NCBI GenBank assembly: GCA_965116875.1
Contig: OZ220733.1
Location: forward strand, 1,280,001-1,344,000
Length of the DNA stretch: 64,000 nt
Direction of reading: 5' to 3'
From: Candidatus Latescibacterota bacterium
Lineage (GTDB): Bacteria; Latescibacterota; UBA2968; GCA-2709665
Below are positions 39,667-49,411 of this stretch, piece by piece. The stretch's first letter is position 1. Each line of letters begins with the position of its first letter. A model generated the notes under the pieces. It was given only the letters and a program-made list of their open reading frames with translations. It was not told the origin of the DNA and ran no database searches. A program made the position numbers and the translations under genes.

Positions 39667-41088
39667 ATGGAAAAGCCGGTCAACACCGACAACCTCGTGG
39701 CTGCTTCGCGTCACCTCTGGCAGAACTACTTCCACGGCGCCCAGCCCGATAAGCTCCCGATGACGATTACCCATGGCGACGGCCTGTACATTTACGACGC
39801 CGAGGGCAACGAATACCTGGACACCTTCGCCTCCCTGCTCACGACGCTGTGCGGGCACGGTCGGTCGGAAGTCGTCGACGCAGTGAACGAACAGATGGGG
39901 AAACTGGCCTACTTTCCCGGCGGACAGGACTATCTGATCGAACCTGCCGCAAGGCTGGCGGCGAAACTGGCAGAGATCGCCCCCGGGGACCTCTCGGTCT
40001 CCTTCCTCGTCAACGACGGCTCCGAAGCCAATGAGGCCGCCATAAAGCTGGCGCGCAGCTATTCCTGGGCCAGAGGCGAGAAAAACCGCTACAAGGTGAT
40101 ATTCCGCAGGGGCTCGTATCACGGCGCCACACTCGGCGCGCTCTCCGCGACCGGCCTCGCGGGCTCTCGTGAACCCTATGAACCCCTGCTGCCCGGGTTC
40201 ACCCACGCCATGCCCGCGAACTGTTATCGCTGTGAGCTCGGCCTGGATCCCGGCACCTGTGCGCTGGCGTGCCTGAAGAATCTGGCATCTATTCTGGAAT
40301 GGGAAGGCCCACAGACGGTCGCCGCCGTCATCATGGATCCCATTCCCGGCTCCAATACCGGGTTTCCCCTTCCCCCGGATGGGTATCTGGAGGGCGTGCG
40401 CGAACTTTGCGACCGGCATGGCGTCCTGCTCATCTTCGATGAAATCCAGACCGGTTTCGGCCGAACCGGAAGGATGTTCGCCTGTGAGAACTGGAATGTG
40501 ACGCCGGATATCATGACGGTTGCCAAAGGGTTCTCAGGCGGCTATCTGCCCATTGGCGCCGCCATTGCGACCGAGGAAATTGCCGAGACCATTCGGAGCG
40601 CCGGGACCGGATTCCGGCACATTCACACCTTTTCGGGCCATGCCGCCGCCTGCGCCGCCGCACTCGCCCATATCGAAATCATCCAGAAAGAAGGCCTCGT
40701 GCAGCGGGCCGCCGACCTGGGTGTCCGGTTCAGGAGAAAGCTGGACGAACTCTACCGATATCCACTGGTGGGAGACGTGCGCGGCATCGGCACACTCTGG
40801 GCCGTCGAACTCGTGGGCGACCGCGAGACCCGAAGGCCGGTGAATCCCCCTGGAAAAGCGGGCGGATATATCGCCGGATTCTGCGGGAAGGCCGGTATGA
40901 TCCTGCGCAACAACGGCGACATCCTCGTCCTGGCCCCGGCTCTCGTTATGTCCATCTCACAGGCAGACAGGATGCTCAGCCTGCTGCACGACGCCATCGA
41001 CTCCGCAATGCGTCATTGTAAACAAAGCGGGAACCGCTTCGAGTGGGTCGAGGAAGCTTCGTCCGGACCGGCAAAGGGACCCGCTTGA
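39667..41088 (+). CDS. Class III PLP aminotransferase
   Basis: GSEA.E.A.K, YHG.T, DEIQTGFGRTG, AKG; start 39655 or 39667. Confidence 0.92.
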   Translation: MEKPVNTDNLVAASRHLWQNYFHGAQPDKLPMTITHGDGLYIYDAEGNEYLDTFASLLTTLCGHGRSEVVDAVNEQMGKLAYFPGGQDYLIEPAARLAAKLAEIAPGDLSVSFLVNDGSEANEAAIKLARSYSWARGEKNRYKVIFRRGSYHGATLGALSATGLAGSREPYEPLLPGFTHAMPANCYRCELGLDPGTCALACLKNLASILEWEGPQTVAAVIMDPIPGSNTGFPLPPDGYLEGVRELCDRHGVLLIFDEIQTGFGRTGRMFACENWNVTPDIMTVAKGFSGGYLPIGAAIATEEIAETIRSAGTGFRHIHTFSGHAAACAAALAHIEIIQKEGLVQRAADLGVRFRRKLDELYRYPLVGDVRGIGTLWAVELVGDRETRRPVNPPGKAGGYIAGFCGKAGMILRNNGDILVLAPALVMSISQADRMLSLLHDAIDSAMRHCKQSGNRFEWVEEASSGPAKGPA

Positions 41089-41123
41089 CGCCTTGGCCCT
41101 CCTGTAACCGGGAAAACAGACCC

Positions 41124-42128
41124 ATGATGCCCGACAGAGAAACATGCCTCGAAATGCTCCGGCGGATGTACCGTATCCGCTCCTTTGAGGAGCAGGTAAG
41201 GGCCCACTACGACTATACCGGCTATCTTCGCGAAAACCCCGAAAGCGAAGGGGTCATCTCGGGCGCCGCCCACCTGGCCATCGGCCAGGAAGGCGCCGAG
41301 GTTGGTGTCTGCGCCGCCCTCGAGCCGGATGACTTCGTGGCCAGCACGCACAGGGGTCACGGCCATGCCATCGCCAAGGGTGCGGACCTCAAGCCGATGA
41401 TGGCCGAGTTGATGGGGAGGAAACACGGGTACAGCGGCGGATGCGGCGGTTCCATGCACATCTTCAGTTCAGAACTCGGACTGATCGGGGGGAACGGAAT
41501 CGTGGGAGCTCAGGTCCCCATCGCCACCGGCGCCGCCTTTTCCGCGAAATATCGCGGCACACGGCAGGTGGCCGTCGCGTTTTTCAGCGAGGGGGCCGCC
41601 AATCAGGGCGCATTCCACGAAGCCCTGAACATGGCCGCGCTCTGGGACCTCCCCGCCGTCTACGTCTGCGAAAACAACCTCTACGCCGCCACCACGCCCG
41701 CTGCCATAACGCTTTCGCCGCCGGACGTCGCGGCCAAGGCAGCCGCATATGGCCTGCCGGGCGCCATCGTAGACGGCCAGGACGTCCTCGCGGTGTACCG
41801 GGTTGCATCGGAGGCCGTTGCCAGCGCGCGCGCCGGCAACGGACCCACGCTTATCGAGTGCAAGACCTATCGCTTTGTGAGCCACGCGGGTGGAGGCAGA
41901 GGCGAACACAACAACCCGGAAGAACTGGAGACCTGGAAGAGCAAGGACCCGATCGCCCTCTTCGAACGCAAGCTCATTGACGCCGGATACCTCACGGCCG
42001 AAGAAAGACAGAACGTCGTTTCCGATGCCGAAGAGGACGCGCGCGAAGCCGTTGAATACGGCAAACGATCGCCCTATCCTGATTTCGAAGATATGCCCGT
42101 TACCCCAGGGGTCGCCCTTTACCCTTGA
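41124..42128 (+). CDS. TPP-dependent dehydrogenase E1 alpha subunit (acetoin/2-oxoacid type)
   Basis: GQE, HRGHGH, GGSMH, GIVG, CENN, TYR. Confidence 0.92.
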   Translation: MMPDRETCLEMLRRMYRIRSFEEQVRAHYDYTGYLRENPESEGVISGAAHLAIGQEGAEVGVCAALEPDDFVASTHRGHGHAIAKGADLKPMMAELMGRKHGYSGGCGGSMHIFSSELGLIGGNGIVGAQVPIATGAAFSAKYRGTRQVAVAFFSEGAANQGAFHEALNMAALWDLPAVYVCENNLYAATTPAAITLSPPDVAAKAAAYGLPGAIVDGQDVLAVYRVASEAVASARAGNGPTLIECKTYRFVSHAGGGRGEHNNPEELETWKSKDPIALFERKLIDAGYLTAEERQNVVSDAEEDAREAVEYGKRSPYPDFEDMPVTPGVALYP

Positions 42129-42155
42129 TCCGAAGAAAGGCAACGGCGAAACTTA

Positions 42156-42424
42156 CCACAAAAAGCACATAGGGCACAAAAGGAATCGGCGTAAGAGCGG
42201 CATCAAGGTCGTACGAATGGATGAAATTTCCGTTCACGTCGAGTGACCTCGAGTATCCGAGATCTTTGACATCAATTCGCCTATGTTCTTCTGTATATAT
42301 TTGACATTCAGGTCACCGAATCTACGCAGGTAAATGGAGGCGATTTGACCTCGGAGTTTCAGGACACTTCGGGTCACGGGCCATTTCGCACCTGTACTTT
42401 CTGTGCCTTTTGTGCTTTTTGTGG
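42156..42424. repeat. REPIN-like element: imperfect inverted repeats around an AT-rich core
   Basis: CCACAAAAAGCACATAGGGCACAAAAG (42156-42182) versus CTTTCTGTGCCTTTTGTGCTTTTTGTGG (42397-42424). Confidence 0.7.
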
Positions 42425-42527
42425 CCAATTTTGCAGTCGTCTGTTTTCGCATTAAGGCCGATGCGTGAAGTGTGTCCCTGGAAATTGGATGAAGCTGTTC
42501 TCGAAATAGATATACGGAGACCGATCC

Positions 42528-43490
42528 ATGCCCCTCGTTTCGTACGCCCAGGCCATTAGCGATGCCATCCGGGAAGAAGCCGCCCGCGACGAGCGCGTCT
42601 TCACCATCGGCGAGGATATCGGTCCGATCCGCGATCCTGACAGTCTCTGGGACCGGTTCCGGGAACGCCGCACGTGGCAGACGCCCATTTCCGAATCGGG
42701 CTTTGTGGGACTGGCGGTTGGCGCCGCCATGACCGGGCTGCGTCCGGTGGCCGTCATCATGTATTGCGACTTCGTCACCGTCTGTATGGATCCCATCGTC
42801 AACCAGGCTGCCAAGATCCACCTGATGTCCGGGGGCAACGTCAATGTCCCGTTGGTGATCCGCACTCCCGGCGGCGCCGGCACACGGGAGGCCGGTCATC
42901 ACAGCCAGAGCCTGGAGAGCTGGTTCGTGCATGCTCCGGGTCTCAAGGTGGTCATGCCGGCCACCGCCGCGGACGCCAGGGGACTGATGAAGGCAAGCAT
43001 CCGCGACGACGGACCGGTTGTCTTCATCCAGCACCGCCTCCTGGGCGATATCGAGGGGTCCGTTCCCGAAGGAGACCACGTCGTTCCTCTGGGTGCGGCG
43101 GACGTCAAGCGTGAGGGCGCCGACGTTACCGTTGTCGCCGTCTCCTACGCCCTGCAGAAGGCCCTTCAGGCGGCTGAAACCCTGGACGGGGAGATCGGCG
43201 TGGAGGTGATCGATCCCCGTACCCTCGTCCCTCTCGACGTGGAAACCATCCTTCGCTCGGTCAAAAAAACAGGTCGCCTCCTGGTGGTGCACGAAGCCCC
43301 GGCGCGCGGGGGCGCGGGCGCCGAAATCGTCCGCCAGATCGCCGAACGGGGCTTCGAACACCTTCGCAATTCCCCAAGGGTTCTGGGCGGCCTGAATACG
43401 CCAATGCCCTACAGCGCCTCGCTGGAAGACGCCTGCCTGCCCCAGACCGGGGACATCGTCGACACCATCAGAAGCTGCGTTCGCGGTTAG
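42528..43490 (+). CDS. TPP-dependent dehydrogenase E1 beta subunit
   Basis: GEDIG, TPISE, GLRP, HSQ, PGLKVV.P, VIDPRTL.PLD, KTGR. Confidence 0.92.
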   Translation: MPLVSYAQAISDAIREEAARDERVFTIGEDIGPIRDPDSLWDRFRERRTWQTPISESGFVGLAVGAAMTGLRPVAVIMYCDFVTVCMDPIVNQAAKIHLMSGGNVNVPLVIRTPGGAGTREAGHHSQSLESWFVHAPGLKVVMPATAADARGLMKASIRDDGPVVFIQHRLLGDIEGSVPEGDHVVPLGAADVKREGADVTVVAVSYALQKALQAAETLDGEIGVEVIDPRTLVPLDVETILRSVKKTGRLLVVHEAPARGGAGAEIVRQIAERGFEHLRNSPRVLGGLNTPMPYSASLEDACLPQTGDIVDTIRSCVRG

Positions 43491-43554
43491 TCGACTCCGA
43501 CTTCGATATTCTCAACACTTTTCGCGCCCACACTCTCAAGAAGCGGGTGTGAGG

Positions 43555-43581
43555 GTGGGGCGGACATTCCTGTCTGCCCAC
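43555..43581 (+). repeat. GTGG-tagged REP palindrome
   Basis: GTGGGGCGGACATTCCTGTCTGCC; identical copies at 44141-44164 and 46446-46469. Confidence 0.8.
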
Positions 43582-43741
43582 GTCCACTGCTGTCCAGGAT
43601 AGATTGGAAGAGACGATCTCGGATGCGAAAGTACCTGGTTTTCTTGAAAGTCGTTTCGAAGTGTCAATACAGGTCCCCGTCTTTTGGTCACGGCTGTCCA
43701 AGTCAGGAATTGATTTGGGACCGGTGTGGTTGGCGTTCCCG

Positions 43742-43856
43742 GGAGCGAGGGCATCCTGCCCTCGACTTCGGATAACCCGTCGCACACGGTGTTTTTCGCG
43801 ATCCGGTCGAATAGGGGTAGGTGACGCGAAGTTCGAGGGCAGGATGCCCTCGCTCC
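43742..43856. repeat. REPIN (inverted REP doublet)
   Basis: GGAGCGAGGGCATCCTGCCCTCG and its perfect reverse complement at 43834-43856. Confidence 0.82.
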
Positions 43857-43943
43857 GGTTACAGGTGGATCATACCGTGATAGCGGTTGGAAAAGACGAT
43901 TTTGGACAGGCGTGGCCCACGTCAATGTCACTCGAGCGCCTAC

Positions 43944-44074
43944 CGTCATCCAGAGGACTTGCACTGCTCGTGCTGCTTGCACTGAGCTCGGTCCCTGAGT
44001 TTGTCGAAGGGTGCCCCGCAGGCCGACGAAGGACCGACTGCAGCACGGGATCATGCCGGAGCGCCTGGCGTTCG
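43944..44074 (+). repeat. Left copy of the island-flanking direct repeat (CGTC-type REP composite)
   Basis: 61 bp (43973-44033) identical to 62055-62115; similarity extends over about 115 bp. Confidence 0.85.
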
Positions 44075-44272
44075 TCGGGCATGGCGAGCAGCACAACCGC
44101 ATTCCTCCCCGCGAGGTGATTCGCGAAAACCGGTCTGAGGGTGGGGCGGACATTCCTGTCTGCCGCTTCAGTTGGTTCTTCTGAGGCATTGGATCCAGCA
44201 AACGGGATGATTTCTCTGTGAGGTCCGATCGATGAATCCCGATGGTGCGGTCAACGCGTCGGAAGGCTCAAT

Positions 44273-45793
44273 ATGAAACGTATCTGCATTGCCCTGGCGA
44301 TCGTTACGTGCGGCCTCTGGGCATGGCCGTCGCTTCCATCCGCCTTCCAATCCGGCCCGTTCCCCGACTTTGATGAAGACGGCGTCGTGGGCTTCGCGGA
44401 CTTTCTGCAATTCGCCGGCAGGTTCGGTTCGGTGCGTAGCGATGAGAAGTATGACGATCGTTTCGATCTGGATGGCGACGGCGCGATCGGATTCCCGGAT
44501 TTTCTGATATTCGCCGGCCACTTTGGCAAACCGGCGCCCCGAGTCGTGAATATGAAGATAGATTTCCCGCTGCGCGCCATCTCCATTAGCGGGCACTGGG
44601 GGACCAATGAGACAGTTGTGGAAAATTGGGAAGGCTCTGGAAGGGTCGGGACGCTCATACCTCCGGACTATATGCAATGGCTGAAGAGCCTATATGTGAA
44701 CTGGATCGGCATCTCCGTCGCTCTGCACTACGATGACAGCATGGATAGCACGATCGAGCGTAACTATTCAGAGAACATCGATATCCCTACTTTTCCAGAC
44801 GAAGTACTCAGACAAATGATACGCGAATTCAGAGCACAAGAGATTGACGTGTATCTGACCCTGGCGTTTCAAGCCTACGAGGCTGAAAAGAGCCAACGTC
44901 CCGTCTATCGATGGCTGCTTGGAACCCCGGACGCGCGGGACTGGGACCTTGATATTGAGATATTGCCGAAAAATTGGCCGTGGCATCCCGATCATCCGGA
45001 TCACGTACGGTTTGTCGCCGTATTCTGGGAGACGTATACACAACAGGCCATGCATTTCGCGAGAATCGCGGAGGAGGAAGGGGTACGGTTGTATTCGCTG
45101 GGCACGGAGACAGACGCACTGTTTCGAACGCGTTCAGAACACGACGGTGATACACGGCAAAATGGGCCCGATCACTTCGGCCGGGAGCTCAAATCAATGG
45201 TAGAAAGGGTACGTACCGTATATTCAGGTTTGTTGACCTACGATATGCATTACTCTGTCTTCAAGTATCCCAATGCAGGATCGGACCATTTGTGGGAAGA
45301 TCTGGATCTCGATATCGTGGGAATCAGTGCGTGGTTTCCACTGACGGATTCGCTGCCCTCAACTGTCATGAGCATCGAAGACTGCCAGGCGAGTTATGAA
45401 CAGATTTTCCGCGATTACCTCATACCTCTTGCCGGAAGGAACACGGGGCGGCCAATCGTGTTTCTCGAATACGGAGCATCTGACGTGGTTTCGGCGCCCT
45501 TGGCGCCGGACGTCTATGGTTTCCCGGAGTACGTATTCTCCGACTTGAACAACAACGGGCTGGATGACGGCCGTGAAACCCAGGCCAACATGTACATGGG
45601 GTTGATCAATGCGATGGCGAAAAATCCCGGTGTACTCAACGGTGTCTTCTTTTGGGGGAATTGGATAGCCAGCGATGAGCTATGGTCAGAATGGTGGGCA
45701 GACCGCCGTAATGGTGCCATCCGCGGCAAGCTCGCCGAGGAAGTAGTACGGTCGGCCTACGCGTCCTACGCGGATTCATCCAGGACCGAATAA
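44273..45793 (+). CDS. Secreted GH113-like TIM-barrel glycoside hydrolase with dockerin/EF-hand-like tag
   Basis: Signal peptide, two DFxxDGxVGFxDF repeats, LGTE (acid/base-like), DIVGISAWFPL, FLEYG (nucleophile-like). Confidence 0.7.
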   Translation: MKRICIALAIVTCGLWAWPSLPSAFQSGPFPDFDEDGVVGFADFLQFAGRFGSVRSDEKYDDRFDLDGDGAIGFPDFLIFAGHFGKPAPRVVNMKIDFPLRAISISGHWGTNETVVENWEGSGRVGTLIPPDYMQWLKSLYVNWIGISVALHYDDSMDSTIERNYSENIDIPTFPDEVLRQMIREFRAQEIDVYLTLAFQAYEAEKSQRPVYRWLLGTPDARDWDLDIEILPKNWPWHPDHPDHVRFVAVFWETYTQQAMHFARIAEEEGVRLYSLGTETDALFRTRSEHDGDTRQNGPDHFGRELKSMVERVRTVYSGLLTYDMHYSVFKYPNAGSDHLWEDLDLDIVGISAWFPLTDSLPSTVMSIEDCQASYEQIFRDYLIPLAGRNTGRPIVFLEYGASDVVSAPLAPDVYGFPEYVFSDLNNNGLDDGRETQANMYMGLINAMAKNPGVLNGVFFWGNWIASDELWSEWWADRRNGAIRGKLAEEVVRSAYASYADSSRTE

Positions 45794-45859
45794 AGAACAT
45801 CGCCCATCCAATGGACGTTTCCGATTATGCGACCTATCTCGAATAGTTGATGCGTACAG

Positions 45860-46145
45860 ACGGAAGATTCTTCGACTACGCTCGCAATAACATGCTTTGG
45901 AATTGCCCTTGGCGAAACGTGTCGCTCAAGCCTTCGCCAACATTGTCATCCAGAGGAGGCCTGCGTGCGAGCTCCGCGAAACACTTCCGTTACACGTACA
46001 CCCAAACTGTCATGTATAGGAGCACGCCAGGCCGACGAAGGATCTACTGCAGCATGGGAACATCCCTGCGCGATCTACACGTGTGGAAACCTGAGAGGCA
46101 GCACAACCGTTCCTGCTTCGACTACGCTCGGAATGACATGTTGCC
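45860..46145. repeat. Degenerate CGTC-type REP/REPIN remnants
   Basis: GATTCTTCGACTACGCTCG, TGTCATCCAGAGG, GCCGACGAAGGATCT, CTTCGACTACGCTCGGAATGACA; same family as 43944 and 61285-62156. Confidence 0.7.
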
Positions 46146-46322
46146 CGACAACCCTCTGTGAGAATTAACCAGGACACCCCCGCCTTCACACTTAGCCCCG
46201 CACTTCATGTCGCATTTTGCACACCGTGTTGCAAATTGCAACAACTTCCACCCGTCCTCCGATCTCATTCCCCGTAAGTGAAAAAAAATCGCAACGAACG
46301 ACTTCATTTGCGACTTTCGACC

Positions 46323-46351
46323 TTGCACATGGTTACGTCGCCGATTATCAT
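46323..46351 (+). promoter_or_regulatory. Putative sigma70 promoter
   Basis: TTGCAC-17 bp-TATCAT. Confidence 0.5.
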
Positions 46352-46651
46352 GGTTGATACGTATTCTTCGGGGAAGTTATACTAACCTATCTGAGGAGGA
46401 CGTACGTTACCGATGCGCTTGCACTTTGGAGAAGCGGGCGCGAAGGTGGGGCGGACATTCCTGTCTGCCTGCCTGGTTGGTTCTTCTGTGGGATTGGTGA
46501 GAGAAGAAAGGATTCCATCGCTGAATCATCCGCGTTACGCATCGTTCACACCTGCGCCCGAACTGTCATCCTGAGGAAGCAGGCGAAGCCTGCAGCACAA
46601 ACGCGCGGTCTCTGGTGGTGGAAAAGGTCAATTATTCAAAGGAGGTAAGCC

Positions 46652-47944
46652 GTGCCTGGAATGAGGCGAAGCATTTTCGTTCTGCTATTCCTGGGATCGT
46701 TCAATGCGGCATTCGCCCAGTTACCGCCCGAAATCATGGCAGACAAACATCTGATTCACGCTAAGCAGCTTCACGCCGCGAAGGACTATACGGCCGCCTT
46801 TGACGTGATGCAAAAGATCGTCGCGCTACAGAAGGCGCACAATCTCACGTTGCCCGACGAATTCCATTTCAAGTATGCGCAGGTGGCGCTTTCCGCGGAT
46901 TCGATGCGGATTGCGCTCGAGTCGGTAACCAGGTATCTGTCGGCGACGGGGAAAGAAGGCGAGTTTTACAAGGAGGCGCTGGCGCTATTGCTCAGGGCTG
47001 AAGGGAATGAGGTCATCGCCGAGGATGGAAGTGACACAGCGCAGGAACCCCACAGAGATGGGTCGTATACAGACGTACTCAGAACCGAGGGAACCTGTGA
47101 GGGAATGCCGGCTGGATCCAGTTGCTGGATGAAGTTGACCAACCACGTTGAATGCTACGTGCTGAATCCTTCGCTCGCGGCGAACCAGACAGCGGTATGG
47201 ACCGGCAAATGTTCAAGTGGCTTGGCTCACGGGGAAGGAACGATTCACTGGACCCGTACGTATAGCAACGATCGCAAATCCACTCGCAGGTGGTCGGGGC
47301 AAATGCAAAGCGGCAGATTGAACGGCGAGTGGATCACTTACTATGGGGACGGAAGCGTTAGGCAAAGGCGTCTATATAGAGACGGCAACCAGCACGGCGA
47401 GACGATCCAATACGGTAAGGACGGGTATATTTCGGTGAGGATGCAATATAAAGACGGCAAACTGCACGGCGAGGCCGTCGGTTACTATGGCGACGGAAGT
47501 GTTTCTAGAAAAACCCAATATAAAGACGATAAAAAACACGGCCCCTTTGTCGCATACGACAATTATGGGAAAGTTGTGACAGAAGGTCAGTTTGAAAACG
47601 ACTACGAACAAGGCCAGTGGGTGTACCGCCTTAGTTGGAGACGCGAGGAGGGCCCCTTTGTGCAAGGGAAAAAGCACGGCCAATGGGTTCATTACCTAAC
47701 AGAAGGAGGCGTAGCACGCCGAGGCCGATATGTCAATGACGAACGACACGGCCGCTGGGTCTATTTCCATGATGACGGGAACAAATCCGAAGGTGAATTT
47801 AAAAACAATAGGAGGGATGGCATTTGGTATGAATACTCACGGAAACAGGGAAAGTGGTCAGGCAAGAAGCGCTGCTGGCGAAGAACATATCGAGCCGGTG
47901 AACTCATTGAAGACAAAAAGGCGGATAAGGAATTGTGCCGTTAG
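46652..47944 (+). CDS. Secreted protein: TPR-like N-domain, Cys-rich linker, MORN/YwqK-type repeats
   Basis: Signal peptide, strong RBS AAGGAGGT, repeats such as YKDGKLHGEAVGYYGDG. Confidence 0.82.
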   Translation: MPGMRRSIFVLLFLGSFNAAFAQLPPEIMADKHLIHAKQLHAAKDYTAAFDVMQKIVALQKAHNLTLPDEFHFKYAQVALSADSMRIALESVTRYLSATGKEGEFYKEALALLLRAEGNEVIAEDGSDTAQEPHRDGSYTDVLRTEGTCEGMPAGSSCWMKLTNHVECYVLNPSLAANQTAVWTGKCSSGLAHGEGTIHWTRTYSNDRKSTRRWSGQMQSGRLNGEWITYYGDGSVRQRRLYRDGNQHGETIQYGKDGYISVRMQYKDGKLHGEAVGYYGDGSVSRKTQYKDDKKHGPFVAYDNYGKVVTEGQFENDYEQGQWVYRLSWRREEGPFVQGKKHGQWVHYLTEGGVARRGRYVNDERHGRWVYFHDDGNKSEGEFKNNRRDGIWYEYSRKQGKWSGKKRCWRRTYRAGELIEDKKADKELCR

Positions 47945-48154
47945 TGTGCGAAAGGGTGTCTTGGCTGCAGGAACCCACTGCCGCGTAGCAGGGCCGCCAT
48001 TGAAGCGCTCGTGCCCTCGCCACCAGCGGAAACATCTCCGGATCCTGCCCACCGCGCCGGCCTGCCACCGTGGTGCGTGCGACAACAATCCAAAGCGATA
48101 CATGTAAAGCAACTGCCGGCAGGTGCTCCACATGCGCACTTGGCCAGTGAATTC

Positions 48155-48297
48155 TTCGACAACGCCGTCTGCGAGATCTTTATTTAAAACCGTAGAATGT
48201 GCACTGCTGGACCGACATTGCTTTCCCACATTCCACGACGCAATGAGATTCCTCTTCGAATACGTGTCGAGTGGTCATACGATCCACATCGCCTGCC
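48155..48297 (+). pseudogene. IS3-family transposase C-terminal remnant
   Basis: Across frameshifts reads FDNAVCEIF/FKTVECALLDRHCF..FEYV/EWSYDPHR, resembling IS3 DNAxxESFFxTLxxE...WYNxxR. Confidence 0.65.
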
Positions 48298-48410
48298 TGC
48301 TTTGGCGGGCCTGCAGGTAGGTTTCCAGCGATGGGATACCACTCGCCCGTAACCAACGAGAAGAACCACCAATCTCAGACCTTGGTAGCAAGGGCAATAG
48401 GAGGCACGTA

Positions 48411-49256
48411 ATGAAGGGAATAAAGACTATATATCCATTTATAGCAGTTATACTGTCCTTGACGATCTCTGGGTGCAAATCAGGCGATGGAAACTGGTTT
48501 GAGCGCACAGAATGGAACGCCATAGGAGTCGTTGCCAATTTTTCGATAGCTGCGGCCGGTTTTTTTATTGCGCACCGCATAAGGAAAGTCCAAGAAGAAC
48601 GTGACCGCCTCGAAGCCTTCGATGGCTATAGGCGGGAACTCGGGAGCTTCGCCGATGCTGTGATTGATGCGATGGGAGAAATCCAGACTCTTATTGCGTT
48701 CAATCCCGATCATGCAGCTAAACCCAAACAAGCACGCCAGCAATTCGTCGAACAACGTTCAAGGCTAATCAGCGTAGTGTCATCGCTTATTGAACGTGGA
48801 CGGTTTTTTTTCCCTAACCAAAAGATCGCCGGCATAGGAGAGCACAAAGGTTCCGCGCAACAGGGGCTACGCGAACCGGTATTGAATCGTATAATGGCCG
48901 CCCACCATGTGCTGTTGGCAACCGACTTTAAGTGTTTCAAACGTAACAGTAAGCGATGGATCGATCGGGACACACTCACCACGGAACCTACAGATAGAGA
49001 GAGGCATGTATGTTCGGCTTTTCGGTGGCTGTCGCTGGCTGAGCAGAGCCGGCTGGCCGGGGAGCTAAAAAAAAAAGGAGGCGTAAGGTTGATGGACCTG
49101 ATCATTTCTGCGAAGAGAGGGTTCGTGAGTGAGGTGTTTAGTATCTTGCAACCAGACGATTGGCTGAAACAAGTGGAGGGCGCATACGGGATCGAGCTGC
49201 TATCCCGGAAGCGAGAGGGACCCGCATTACGCGTCGAATTTACGGAAGAGCTGTAG
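48411..49256 (+). CDS. Hypothetical membrane/lipoprotein
   Basis: RBS AGGAGG, lipobox-like ISGC, second TM segment, SLIERGRFFFPN motif. Confidence 0.75.
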   Translation: MKGIKTIYPFIAVILSLTISGCKSGDGNWFERTEWNAIGVVANFSIAAAGFFIAHRIRKVQEERDRLEAFDGYRRELGSFADAVIDAMGEIQTLIAFNPDHAAKPKQARQQFVEQRSRLISVVSSLIERGRFFFPNQKIAGIGEHKGSAQQGLREPVLNRIMAAHHVLLATDFKCFKRNSKRWIDRDTLTTEPTDRERHVCSAFRWLSLAEQSRLAGELKKKGGVRLMDLIISAKRGFVSEVFSILQPDDWLKQVEGAYGIELLSRKREGPALRVEFTEEL

Positions 49257-49411
49257 CCACGGTCTGACCCCCCAAGAAATCGGAGATCGTAAATAGCGAT
49301 TCAGCATTAGGTTTACACTCCGCTGCATCCCACGAGGATGACCATCAAATGTGTGATTTACAGCCATGACAGACAACCTCGACGAGACCAACGTAAAACT
49401 GTCGGGAGCGA

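Noticed and set aside
43536-44201. ORFs over REP-rich regions (also 61148-62128)
   Set aside because: Translations of palindromic repeats, not credible proteins
47971-48006. Sequence ending GGGCCGCCATTGAAGC resembling a type I-G/I-U CRISPR repeat
   Set aside because: Single copy, no spacer periodicity and no cas genes in the window
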